A stretch of DNA of 64,000 nucleotides from Balanoglossus misakiensis (taxonomy: Eukaryota; Animalia; Hemichordata): positions 5,301,009-5,365,008 of the forward strand of contig CM082591.2 in NCBI GenBank assembly GCA_040954595.2, in the 5' to 3' direction. Below the pieces are notes generated by a model. The model searched no databases and was not told the origin of the DNA. It worked only from the letters and a program-made list of their open reading frames with translations. Shown here piece by piece: positions 11,694-23,534 of this stretch. The translations under genes and the position numbers were made by a program. The first letter of the stretch is position 1; each line of letters opens with the position of its first letter.

Positions 11694-13809
11694 ACCGTCC
11701 TGCTGTTAGGCTACATCAGCTGATGAAATGATCTGGAGAAAAATTCAAAATGTTATTTTTAAACATGGTAACAAAACGCCAAATTTAAGGCTCAGGGATT
11801 TGAAAAGCAACTTAATCTACAGTGGTTTCATTAGCCTATTTGAGTATAAACATTTATTTTAATGCATTGAGGCGGATTTTGTATTTTTTCATGTAGTCAA
11901 AGAAACTCCATTTAGCATGAAATATGTGGTACCATTTATTTCACAGCGTAAATTAATTGCATTCTTTGACTGCCCGCTTGAGGTAAAAAAACGAGTGACA
12001 AAAATGCTAAATTGACCTACATTTTATATTTGCAGACACACACTTGCTTTGTTCATATTACAAAGCGCGTGGGTCAAGGCAGGTCCCTTTTACCTGCCCC
12101 CGAGGAGAACGTTGACATACATTAACACATAAGACAGGCCGTGTCAGTGTACAAGGTAAACACATGCAACAATTACATACAGAATGGGATCTCGGCGGCA
12201 ACACATAGGCCTACGTGCATAGCAGCCGCGCTAGTGAAGGTAAAATCGAGTAGAAATTTAAACCTATGTCAATTCTGACTGGCGCATGTAATACCTTTAA
12301 TGTAACGTGGTCATACACCTCCCTTATTATTTCATAGTTCATTTTTCTTCAGATATACGGTTACCCAGAGATACAGGTGTAGGCCTAGTAGTGTCGCTCA
12401 CAACGACGGCCGCGGGAACCCTTCCCAGTATCCTATAGCACCAGTAAACAGTGTCACCACACTCCTCCCGTATAATGCCAGAGAATTGATATTGCGTACC
12501 ACACAAAGACATACATGTATACTGCTTAGGCTAGTTCAAAAGGAAGACTGCTCACCTAATTGATAAGGCAGCTTACGGTTTTCGGCGGGACAATTTCGTC
12601 GTCTGCGTCTGGGATTCGTGCTTCGCCATAGAAGTTGTAGTTAACGTCATAGGTCAGGGGTCAGACGGTGGGTCACGCCTCTGTTATTGTTCCGGTTCGC
12701 TGTATTCAAATGAACTGCGCTCTGGTATGTTAGGGCCTATAGCCGAAATATCGGTTTGGTTCGCCTGTGTTACTGGCATGTTAGGCCTATTCATGGATAC
12801 TGCGGTATTGGGTCGCTGGATCAATCGAGAAATTAACCGATCCTTCCAGGAAATTTTCGCCCACAACCAAAATGAGACTGAAAATACGGTGTCAGATTTA
12901 TGAATCTCAGCTATTTGGAAAAAGGACTGAAAACTTTCACGAATTACAGTAAAACAAGGCATTGCATTGAATTTGCATGTTGTAATACACGATGAACGAG
13001 TTCTCATTTGCAGATGTACAGGTCAGATTATAGTACCGTCTAGACGTTTGAGTGCATATAATAATAGGCCTACACTCCAAATAACGTACTGAGTCGTGTT
13101 TGAGTCCGTGGAAGACACTTTTACGTTGGCCTAATGAGTGAATTACTTTATATCTTCAATTCATTTCCATTTCGCACCAAGAAACATAACGAGTGGATAT
13201 TAAAATTATTGTTTCTCCATTAAAGATATGTGTGGAGCAATGACGTGGAAATGTTAAGTATCGGTCTATAGACCCGTGAGAAAAAGTGGTCATAAATTAA
13301 GTGATGTTTTATGGCAGGAACTAAAGTTTTGTAGTTTCGTATGGGAAGAAAGTTTTCGTTTACATAATGGCATTTTGAAATGAAGTGAAATCTGAAAATT
13401 ATTTAGTGTCGCTGATAGTGACGGTTTAATGGTCTTTGCATTTCTTCCCATTGTTCTGTTGGCGTGTCGTGACTGTACGTGCATGCAAGGAATTCCTGGG
13501 GTTTCATGGGGCGCGGTGGTTGACTGCTTGTTTACAAAGAGCACCGCGGTCCGGTGTAGCATACATACAGTTGTCACTGTTAGCGGCTTAGGGTCATAAT
13601 ATAGTTAGCGAATTCAATGGATTCAACCTGCTGGTAACAATGACCGCTCTGGTTCGCGGCGTTCAGGTTTTGTGTCGATGCAAATAAGAGCAGGGTGTCC
13701 TTCTCGTCACCTTTGAACCGGGAACTACGGCGCGGTATTTACGCGGCTACATTTTACTTTCGTCAGAATGTATCAAATCGACGTTTCCGCCAGAAGGGTC
13801 TGGGCAGAC

Positions 13810-13866
13810 ATGGCGACGCCGTGCGCGGGAGGGAATTTGACAGGATTCTTCGCGCTATTTCTCTGA
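13810..13866 (+). pseudogene. Truncated copy of exon 1 (signal peptide) of SRCR-WSC-CUB-CCP receptor 1
   Basis: ATG..MATPCAGGNLTGFFALFL* matches MATLCAGGILTGFFALFL at 23535; similarity stops at the duplication breakpoint. Confidence 0.8.
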
Positions 13867-15262
13867 TACAATGATTTCTCTGTCGTCAAAATTGGCAACA
13901 TAACAGGCGAAAACATTGCACCATGATTTAGTTGTTTGCGCCCAAGTGAATACTAATCTATCGTTAACGTCTGTGGAAAAGTAGAAAAAATAATTTGCAT
14001 TTACAGTTAGCTGGCCTCAGTGATTCTCTCATCCAAAAGACACAATAACATTCGTTCCCATGCGTTCATAGCCATAAATCATATTATTTTATTAACTGAT
14101 GCAATGACATTACAATTTTTTTTTAATGTTAATAATAAATGTATATCATATGCGTTGGTTCATATCCTATGCATGTAAGATTTATAGTTATACAAATACA
14201 TGCAAAATGGTAAATTCAGTAAAATGCAGAGACAGCGTGTTACAAAAGATAGGGCATAACACGCTCAGTCAGTCAAGACATAATATAATGAAATTAACCA
14301 TAGTTTCATTTGAATATAGTAGATAAACCGCCCAACCATTAACACTGTTTAAATTTCTTCGAATTTTCCACAATTCATAAAAAGGTTTCTTTAAAATGAT
14401 AAGAAGTCATATCTTGAAGAAAACATAGTTAAATCAAACAGATGGTTTCATAATCCTATAAGCCTCATTAGCTGGAATCAATTGCTCACTATATACCGAA
14501 AGTCGACGTAGCCCACAACGGTCACAAAGTTGACAAATGCATTCGAGACTCACAGCCAAAAGTATATGTACACACAATATATTGTGTTATTAAACCGAAT
14601 ATTGGACATTATATCGTCCTTCTGAAATTGAGTTAAACAAGACGCCGCAGTTGATAATAAAACAATTATAATGAAAATAACAGAAACAACTTATGTACTT
14701 CAAGATACAGGATTTGTAAAAACAACAATGTTTCATTAAATTCATAATTTCTCCCAAGTAACCGAGATTCTTGTAAATTTATGTAAGGAAACTATTTTTT
14801 GCGAAAAAATTAATAAATGATAATTCATACACAGTTATATTTATCTCCTAATCAGTATGTTTTTTAAAAAAATTCCTTTAAATATATTTGAATACAATTG
14901 AAAATTTTACAATTTCTTTTCTCTGTTTATTAAGGATGTTTTATCAGCTTAGTTTTGTAAGCGTGAATGCTATTAGTTTGGCAGATGGCTCGACATTTTA
15001 CACTGATTATGCATGCGTACAAATGGCAGAGACCATCTGCATATTCTTACGTCTAGATCCTCTAGTAATTTTAGTAAGTGAAATAAGTAGGTTCGGAATT
15101 GCATAAATTATCGCGTCAACCAGTGTAAGAGGAGCTATGTATATTGTATAGCTGTCTACGATTTGAAATACTTGCAAACAGAAAAGCTATCTTTATAGCC
15201 CAACTTTACAAACATCGCCAAGCAATGTAAAGACTGCGCATTAAAGTATCATATCAGGTTGC

Positions 15263-17182
15263 TTATAAACTTTCATAAGTGTTCGCATCCTGGGTTTCTG
15301 GAGATAGAGACGCGTACGCAGCTTCCGTCCCATCGGGCATTGCAGCGTTTACATATACGTGTCCGGATTGGGCTTGATGGCCGCTCTTCAGCTGTGAACC
15401 GTGGACATAAGATTGTAGGTTTCCTAAATTTATGTCGGCCCCTGTTGGCGTTTCTTCCTTAGACGCTTGTGCAACAGTATCTCGGTTATCATGTGGTCTT
15501 CTTCCCCGCTTATGGCGACAGTGTCTAATTCCAAACAATAATCCAACCAGCAAAGCAGCTGTGAGAATGCCGAGAAAGAATCCGATCACTGCCCCTACAA
15601 AAAGTGGATTGGCGATCTTCATGTCAGCAGCAGTTTCAGCCGTTTCCTCGGTGACAGACGGGACATCTGTGTTATCAAATGTAGTATGCGTTTCAACAGC
15701 GGTTTTCGCAGGGTGGGTTCCTGTTGATGGTGCGGTTGTTTCTTCGGATGTAGACATTATTGTTGTGTCAGCCTGTCCTGTCGTTGGGATTCCATTGTTG
15801 GTCGGCTCTGTCGTTGGAATCACATCGTTGACCTCCTTTGTTGTTGGGGCCGCACTGTTTCCCATGACTGTCGAAGTTAACGGAACAGTCTGGTCTACGT
15901 CACGGATGTTTAGTACCCTTACCCCCAACGACGTCCCTTCTGCGTTGGTGGCCACGCAGGAATACGAACCCGAGTCTGTCATTTCAACGGATGAGATCAG
16001 GAGGCTCCCGTTGTCAACTTGAACCAACTTTTCATGCGAACACGCGTTCTGCAGTTGAGGGTATACAGCCTCCCCACCAGGGGTGAGCCAATATTTAAAT
16101 GGGTCTGGTTCACCAACTACGTCACAATCCAATGTTACATTGTCACCCACGTCCGTGATTATCACTTCGAATTCTGTGCTGAATACCGGAAGTGGATAAC
16201 ACGTCATGTTGTCCGGTGGTATTTGCAATAACTCACGTCCTGCAAGATGATCTGGTGAATTACACATCATTGGTGGAGATCCCAAATTCAATCGGTGACT
16301 GTTGTCATCCAGCCACATTCTGAAATCCCGTAAACGGCAGTCACACGACCAAGGATTATTGTAAATGTATAAATAACCTGAGTTGTCAAGTCCATGGAAA
16401 ATCTTTCCCGGCAAAGTTGTTATGTCGTTATTGTACATATGCAGCCACTTCAGCTGACCTAAGCCAGTGAATATTTTCGATGGCAAGGTTTTCATTGGGT
16501 TTTGACCTAAGTTGAGGTATGTCAACGTCGTTAACCCATTAAAAACGGTTTCGGGTAGTATAGTTAGTTGATTATCGTACATATACAACGTATGCAAATT
16601 TCCCAGGCCCCGAAATAAGTTTTTAGGCAATGCATTAATTTGATTGCTGTGTAAGTAAAGAGCGCGAAGATTTGTCAATCCATCAAATACATTTTCAGGA
16701 ACACACGTCAATCTATTATGAGCCAAATGAATCCTGTCGATGTCTGTCAGTTCATGGAAAATTCTTTCTGGCAAATGGGAGATTTGATTATTATGTATGT
16801 GAATGTCTCTTAGTTTGGATAGATCCTTGAAAGTGTTCTCTTGAAGTGTCTCGATACGGTTGGACGCCAGGTGAAGAAAAGTTAAACTGTTCAGACCAAT
16901 AAATGCATCTTCAGCTATATAGTAAATTCTATTGCCATGCAGGTCTAGGTGTAGCAATTCTGAATAGTTGATAAAGGATTCGCTTTCAATTCTAGTTATG
17001 TCGTTGTTGTAGAGTAAAAGTTTGGCTGTGTTGTATGGTACATCTGAAGGGATTTCCGTCCAGCCTCGGTTACCACAATTGACGTTCGTGCCAGTACAAT
17101 AGCAGCTTGTTGGACATCCTTGAGTTTGCCGAAGTAGCGATAAAGCACAGAAAATGAAACCCAGTCCACACAGATATGCCAT
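15263..17182 (-). CDS. LRR-Ig-TM receptor, type A copy 3 (A3), long-stalk variant
   Basis: 639 aa ORF with type A architecture; about 42 extra residues in the stalk; tail YVN and YASL-x9-YESL. Confidence 0.95.
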   Translation of the reverse strand: MAYLCGLGFIFCALSLLRQTQGCPTSCYCTGTNVNCGNRGWTEIPSDVPYNTAKLLLYNNDITRIESESFINYSELLHLDLHGNRIYYIAEDAFIGLNSLTFLHLASNRIETLQENTFKDLSKLRDIHIHNNQISHLPERIFHELTDIDRIHLAHNRLTCVPENVFDGLTNLRALYLHSNQINALPKNLFRGLGNLHTLYMYDNQLTILPETVFNGLTTLTYLNLGQNPMKTLPSKIFTGLGQLKWLHMYNNDITTLPGKIFHGLDNSGYLYIYNNPWSCDCRLRDFRMWLDDNSHRLNLGSPPMMCNSPDHLAGRELLQIPPDNMTCYPLPVFSTEFEVIITDVGDNVTLDCDVVGEPDPFKYWLTPGGEAVYPQLQNACSHEKLVQVDNGSLLISSVEMTDSGSYSCVATNAEGTSLGVRVLNIRDVDQTVPLTSTVMGNSAAPTTKEVNDVIPTTEPTNNGIPTTGQADTTIMSTSEETTAPSTGTHPAKTAVETHTTFDNTDVPSVTEETAETAADMKIANPLFVGAVIGFFLGILTAALLVGLLFGIRHCRHKRGRRPHDNRDTVAQASKEETPTGADINLGNLQSYVHGSQLKSGHQAQSGHVYVNAAMPDGTEAAYASLSPETQDANTYESL

Positions 17183-19130
17183 GTCGATAACTGATGGAGT
17201 ATTCTGCGGGGAGAATATAATATATATTCAGTTATTTTCACATAATTCCTTTAGTTATGTACCGTTCTTAAGATGTCATGGTGGTATTTATTTTGGGTTG
17301 TGTTCATTGAAATTGTTGCTGATACACACGCATTCGATCCATGAATGAAATTATCTTGCACAACAACACACTTTCAAAATCAGTCGTTGTCTGCAAGATT
17401 TGAATGATTTTAATATTCTGGCAAATGTCACGGAATATACAGCGTTTTATGTGGGTGGGTGCGGCTCATTGGTTTTCTATGGAGAAGATGAATAAAGTAG
17501 TATTTTCCAGGTTCAAAGGTGAGTGATCGAAGGATGACAATAGGTTCAATACTAGGCGGTGTGCCGATATGAGCTGTGCCGATATAAGAAGATATGCGTA
17601 GGCTTGGTAAACAATGGCGGATCTCTTTCACTCTCTTCTCACCCAGACACATTTAAGAAGGAATAGAAGCAGATATGACGTTTGTTTGGGGCTCTGGCAC
17701 AAATAAGAAATTTGCCAAAGATGCAAAATAGAACTCAAGACGTATCAAGTAGTGGTTTATACAAGCCGTCGTTGAGACGTGCACAGCGGTTTCGTGCATA
17801 CAAAACCGAGTGTCGTGTCCAAAGGGGGTAATAGCACCCGACGGAACAGTCAGATGTTCCAGCTTAAAAACGGGCAAACCTGTTAATTTGATCATTTTGG
17901 TATCATGAATGCGACAGCAAATAGTTTGCCAGACATATATTTTGTTGTTGACACTGACTCATAGCTTTGGCGTGATTCTAATGTCCACAGAGGACCAGTT
18001 CCATTTGCCAATTCACGCGTAACCAAGTTGTTTACAAGGGCGCATTGAAAAGTGGAATTTTGCATTCCCCTAATTTTGTTTATACTCGTAGGCTATGTGA
18101 ATAAAAGCCAAAATTCATTTAATATTCGCGCTTCATCTTGTTGTCACATAAAATCTCAACTGAAATCGCTGCATGTGATAAACTTACATATTGATAGAGA
18201 TTATGCTGGTATGGTTGGAAAAAAGATCTGATAATGCTCAACGACAACAAAAATACTTACGTTGACGATTTGTATAATGAATGACAAAATTTTAACTGTG
18301 TGGGTCAATGTGGGTAAGACTTACCCTACAATGTTTCAATGTGCGTAGACACAACCAGGCTTATGCCAGTGTTCTGAGATAGACTCGTGACTGTCCCTGT
18401 GCGGTGCTGTCGGAAAGTTTTTTTCTATAAAGGGTGGGGCAACAAACATTGGTAAATAGGAGCAATAGTTCACTTCCATGACCCCATATCCTGACGTAGA
18501 CATTCTGGCATTTCGGGGGATGAATTTACCATGATTTTGAAATTGAACTTTGAAAAAAAGTAAACCACGCTTGAATACGTGCACTCTAATCATAAAATGA
18601 TTTGTTTTGCAATAGTATTAAGGATTTATGTAAAGTAAAATGATATGTGGCGTCAATACACTATACGGTGCGTGGTCCTCAATGGCCTTGAACGGGAGTC
18701 TATTCAGAGGCTATACATTGAAATGCACAAGTGGCCATAAAAGTTTCCATTGACATGGATCTGTGTCACTGGACAAAACGTCACCAACCATTGGTGTACG
18801 CAGACTCTGCACAAAGGGGCTAAGATGGCTCCCCTTGCCCCCTATAGTGCCATCTGTATACTACAATGGTTGAGACAGATCACACGGTACAGCCGTTACA
18901 CTTGGGGCTATTTACTCAGAACGCACTATTTTGTAGCCCAGCAAATTCATCCTTTTATCTAAGTGATTATGTTCATCAATAAATTTCTTTAATCTTGGTC
19001 GGCAAATGCCATGTTTTTGACTTTGATGGGATTTTAGTACCCATTCCTGCATACCACGATAGTTTTGTACTCTTGCAACGGGCAGTTGAATAAGCGGGTA
19101 CTGCACGATACATATATTGAAATGTTGGGT

Positions 19131-21347
19131 TCAGATTTCTTGCAAATCTATATCAAATCTCTGCTCAGCTGCTGGCTCGACTGTTCTTGGTTTTCTGTCC
19201 TCAGACGTAACGTCGACTGTATTACCTTGGTTGTCAAAACTCACTGAAAAGCTACCATGTTTTTCGTAAGTATTTTGAATCACTTTGCGGCGACAGTAGC
19301 GGACCGCAAATAGTATTCCCATCGCTGCCACAGTCGTGAGAACTCCCAGAAAGAATCCGAGCACGGCCCACACAAGATCAGAATTTCTCGTGTTTTCCAA
19401 TGTTGTGCTGGAATTGTTCCCGCTGATGTGTGTGCTTTTGAAGGGTCTCACGGTGTCTGCTCCCCCTTCTGTCGCGGATTCTGTAACTGCAGGTACATTA
19501 CCCTCCGTTACATGCGGGACTTTTGTGCTACTGAATGACACGGTTGCCGTGGTGATTGCCAGTGGTATGGTTGTTTTGGCCAACGTTTCTCCAGCCGTTC
19601 TAACCTCAGTTGTCGAGACTATAGATGACAGTGTTTGAGATCTACCTGAAGTTCTCAATAATGAACTACTCTGTTCTGTATAAGTTACTGTGGATGGTTT
19701 ATGTGATGTTAACGGCGTTGTTCTTTCTATGTAACTTATCGTGGTTGGTAAATCAGGTATTGATGTGAATGGAGTGGTATGTTCCATATGACTATTTGTT
19801 GATGTCATTGCTAATGTTGTTAACGGCGAAGTCTGTTCTGTGTAACCGAGATTTAGTATTCTTACTCCCGCAGAAGTTCCCTGTGAGTTCGTCGCTACGC
19901 AAGAATACGAACCCAAATCTGACATCTGTACGTTTTGAATGAAGAGACCCCCGCCATTTGTACGACCCGTGCTTTCATTCGAACACGTATCTTGCGGCTG
20001 TAGGCGTACAACCAAACCTGGTGGAGTAATCCAGTATTTATCTGGATCGGGCTCGCCAACTACGTCACAATCCAAAGTCACGCTGTGCCCTATGTCTGTG
20101 GTTAGTGTTCTAACCGGCGTGACGAATACCGGAAGTGGATAGCAAGTAAGATTGTTCAGTGGTATTTGTAGCACATTCGCTCCCGCATGGGTTTCTGGGG
20201 AATCGCACGTCATAGCTGTAGAACCATAGTAAAGTCGGCCATCATTATCCATGAGCCACGCTTTAAGGTCTTTCAAACGACAGTCACATGACCAGGGATT
20301 GTCGTAGAGGTATAAGTAATCTAAGTCATCAAGACCATCGAACACAGTACTCGGTAGAGTTGTGAAGCTGTTATTTTGTAGGTACAGTTTATCCAATTGA
20401 CCCAAACCTTGGAATATTTTCAGCGGTAACGTTGTTAATGCATTGAATTCCAAATACAGCTGGCTCAACATATTCAACCGTTCGAAAATGTTCTCTGGCA
20501 TTGACTTTAACGGGTTTCTGCTCAAAGTGAGAAACTGCAGCTCTACCAAGTCATCGAATAGACGTCCAGGCAACGTGGTGATCTTATTAGAGTTTAGATA
20601 CAGTTTCTCCAGACTTGATAGTCCGCTGAACAGATCTGCTGCTAGGCACGCCAGTTTATTGCTGGCTAGGTGAAGAGTTTGAAGATGTGTGAGTCCGCGG
20701 AAGATACCCGCGGGTAAGTGTGTGATTTGGTTATTGTATGCGTAAATAGTACTTATGTATCTCAGGTTAGTAAAGCGGTCCTCCCGGAGCGTCGTGAAGT
20801 TGTTGTTGTTTAGATAAAGAGTCTCAATTTCAACAAGGCTCTCGAATATTCCTTCCGGTAGGACACTCAGCTGAGTGAAACTGACGCTCAGGGATCGTAT
20901 TTTGCCTAGGCCTTGGAAGATTTGTTGTGGCAAGGAACCCAGGCCATTTCTGTACACGTTAAGGTGCAACAGCTCGTGCAGACCGTGGAATATAGTCTCC
21001 GGCAACGACGACAGCAAGTTCTCGTTGATGTGGAGAGACTGCAGACGATAAAGTCCAGCGAACGCATCTTCGCCCATGTAGGTGATGTCATTGTGGTCCA
21101 GATGCAATTCCAAAAGTTGAGAATATCCCAGAAAGGAGCCGTTCTCCACGCGAGTTAGGTGGTTGTAGTTCAGTTTCAGAATGGTCGTGTCAATCGATAT
21201 GTTGGCTGGGATCTCTCTCAGTTGCCGGTAACTGCAATCGACGCGGGTTTGAAAGCATGAACAATTGGCTGGACACCCTTGGATCATTGGCAATAGTGTC
21301 ACAGTGGAAAAAAGCAAATAAACGCCACATACAGATAGGTATGCCAT
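19131..21347 (-). CDS. LRR-Ig-TM receptor, type B copy 2 (B2)
   Basis: 738 aa ORF; roughly 23 aa differences from B1 by manual comparison. Confidence 0.95.
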   Translation of the reverse strand: MAYLSVCGVYLLFSTVTLLPMIQGCPANCSCFQTRVDCSYRQLREIPANISIDTTILKLNYNHLTRVENGSFLGYSQLLELHLDHNDITYMGEDAFAGLYRLQSLHINENLLSSLPETIFHGLHELLHLNVYRNGLGSLPQQIFQGLGKIRSLSVSFTQLSVLPEGIFESLVEIETLYLNNNNFTTLREDRFTNLRYISTIYAYNNQITHLPAGIFRGLTHLQTLHLASNKLACLAADLFSGLSSLEKLYLNSNKITTLPGRLFDDLVELQFLTLSRNPLKSMPENIFERLNMLSQLYLEFNALTTLPLKIFQGLGQLDKLYLQNNSFTTLPSTVFDGLDDLDYLYLYDNPWSCDCRLKDLKAWLMDNDGRLYYGSTAMTCDSPETHAGANVLQIPLNNLTCYPLPVFVTPVRTLTTDIGHSVTLDCDVVGEPDPDKYWITPPGLVVRLQPQDTCSNESTGRTNGGGLFIQNVQMSDLGSYSCVATNSQGTSAGVRILNLGYTEQTSPLTTLAMTSTNSHMEHTTPFTSIPDLPTTISYIERTTPLTSHKPSTVTYTEQSSSLLRTSGRSQTLSSIVSTTEVRTAGETLAKTTIPLAITTATVSFSSTKVPHVTEGNVPAVTESATEGGADTVRPFKSTHISGNNSSTTLENTRNSDLVWAVLGFFLGVLTTVAAMGILFAVRYCRRKVIQNTYEKHGSFSVSFDNQGNTVDVTSEDRKPRTVEPAAEQRFDIDLQEI

Positions 21348-23534
21348 ACCGTCCTGCTGTTAGGCTACACCAGCTGATGAAATGATCTGGAGAAAAATTC
21401 AAAATGTTATTTTTAAACATGGTAACAAAATTCCAAATTTAAAGCTCAGGGATTTGAAAAGCAACTTAATCTACAGTGGTTTCATTAGCCTATTTGAGTA
21501 TAAAAATTTATTTTAATGCGTTGGGGCGGATTTTGTATTTTTTCATGTAGTCAAAGAAACTCCTTTAGCATGAAATTAGTTTAATTACATCATCTATGTA
21601 CACATGTGGTACCATTTTTTTCACAGCGTAAATTAATTTCATTCTTTCCAAAGATTCTTATTTTACTGTTTTCTCTTATTTATATTAAGAACGCCCCCTT
21701 GAGGGAAAAAAATCGAGCGACAAAAATGCTAAATTGACCTACATTTTATATTTGCAGACACTCACAGGCTATGTTCATATTACAAAGCGCGTGGGTCAAG
21801 GCAGGTCCCTTTGACCTGCCCCCGAGGAGAACGTTGACATACATTAACACATAAGACAGGCCGTGTCAGTGTACAAGGTATACACATGCAACAATTACAT
21901 ACAGAATGGGATCTCGGCGGCAACACATAGGCCTACGTGCATAGCAGCCGCGCTAATGAAGGTAAAATCGAGTAGAAATTTAAACCTATGTCAATTCTGA
22001 CTGGCGCATGTAATACATATAACAAAACTCTGATCATGCAACGTGTTCATACACCCCCTCATTATTTCATAGTTCATTATTCTTCAGATATACGGTTAGG
22101 CCTACCCAGAGATACAGGTATAGTGTCGCTCACAACGACGGCAGCGCGGGAACCCTTCCTAGTATCCTATAGCACCAGTAAACAGAATCACCACACACTC
22201 CTCCTGTAATGCCAGAGAGTTGAAATTGCGTCCCACACAAAGACATATGCTGCTCAGGCTACTTCAAAAGGAAGACTGATCACCTAATTGATAAGGCAGC
22301 TTACGGTTTTCGGCGGGACAATTTCGTCGTCTGCGTCTGAGATTCGTGCTTCGCCATAGAAGTTGTAGTTAACGTCATAGGTCAGGGGTCAGACGGTGGG
22401 TCACGCCTCTGTTATTGTTCCGGTTCGCTGTATTCAAATGAACTGCGCTCTGGTATGTTGGTGCCTATAGCCGAAATATCGCCTATGTTACTGGCATGTT
22501 AGGCCGATTCATGGATACTGCGGTATTGGGTCCATGGATCAATCGAGAGATTAACCGATCCTTCCAGGAAATTTTCGCCCACAACCAAAATGAGACTGAA
22601 AATACGGTGTCAGATTTATGAATCTCAGCTATTTGGAGAAAGGACTGAAAACTTTCACGAATTACAGTAAAACAAGGCATTGCATTGAATTGGCATGTTG
22701 TAATACATGATGAACGAGTTCTCATTTGCAGATGTACAGGTCAGATTACAGTACCGTCTAGACGTTTGAGTGCGAATAAGAATAGTCCTACACTCGAAAT
22801 AACGTACTGAGTCGTTTTTGAGTCCGTGGAAGACACTTTTACGTTGGCCCAATGAGTGAATTACTTTATATCTTCAATTCATTTCCATTTCGCACCAAGA
22901 AACATAACGAGTGGATATTAAAATTATTGTTTCTCCATTAAAGATATGTGTGGAGCAATGATGTTTTCCCTACGACCAACGTGGAAATGTTAAGTATTGG
23001 TCTATAGACCCGTGAGAAAAAGTGATGTTTTATGGCAGGAATTAAAGTTTTGTAGTTTCGTATGGGAAGAAAGTTTTCGTTTACATAATGACATTTTGAA
23101 ATGAAGTGAAATCTGAAAATTATTTAGTGTCGCTGATAGCGACGGTTTAATGGTCTTTGCATGTCTTCCCATTGTTCTGTTGGCGTGTCGTGACTGTACG
23201 TGCATGCAAGGAATTCTTGAGGTTTCCAGGGGCGCGGTGGTTGACTGCTTGTTTACAAAGAACACCGCTGTCCGGTGTAGCATACATACAGTTGTCACTG
23301 TTAGCGGCTTAGGGTCATAATATAGTTAGCGAATTCAATGGATTCAACCTGCTGGTAACAATGATCGCTCTGGTTCGCGGCGTTCAGGTTTTGTGTCGAT
23401 GCAAATAAGAGTAGGGTGTCCTTCGCGTCACCTTTGAACCGGGAACTTCAGCGCGATATTTACGCGGCTACATTTACTGTCGTCAGAATGTATCAAGTCG
23501 ACTAGACGTTTCCGCCAGAAGGGTCTAGGCAGAC

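Larger units (their letters stand above)
4541..13865. repeat. ~9.4 kb segmental duplication block 1 (A2+B1 plus flanks)
   Basis: Collinear with 14064-23590 from gttcatagcc to cgcgctatttctctg, including intergenic DNA. Confidence 0.92.

Noticed and set aside
949-21347. Calling the LRR genes true VLRs or Toll-like receptors
   Set aside because: No TIR domain; they have an Ig domain and a cytoplasmic tail unlike VLRs; each is a complete ORF, and no incomplete germline gene or free LRR cassettes are visible in this window
597-23298. Short ORFs recurring in several copies (MKILQFLF.., MIKLTGLP.., MRTRSSCI.., MTTVCMLH.., MLIINVYH..)
   Set aside because: Recurrence is explained by recent segmental duplication; indels and stops differ between copies and no domains are recognisable
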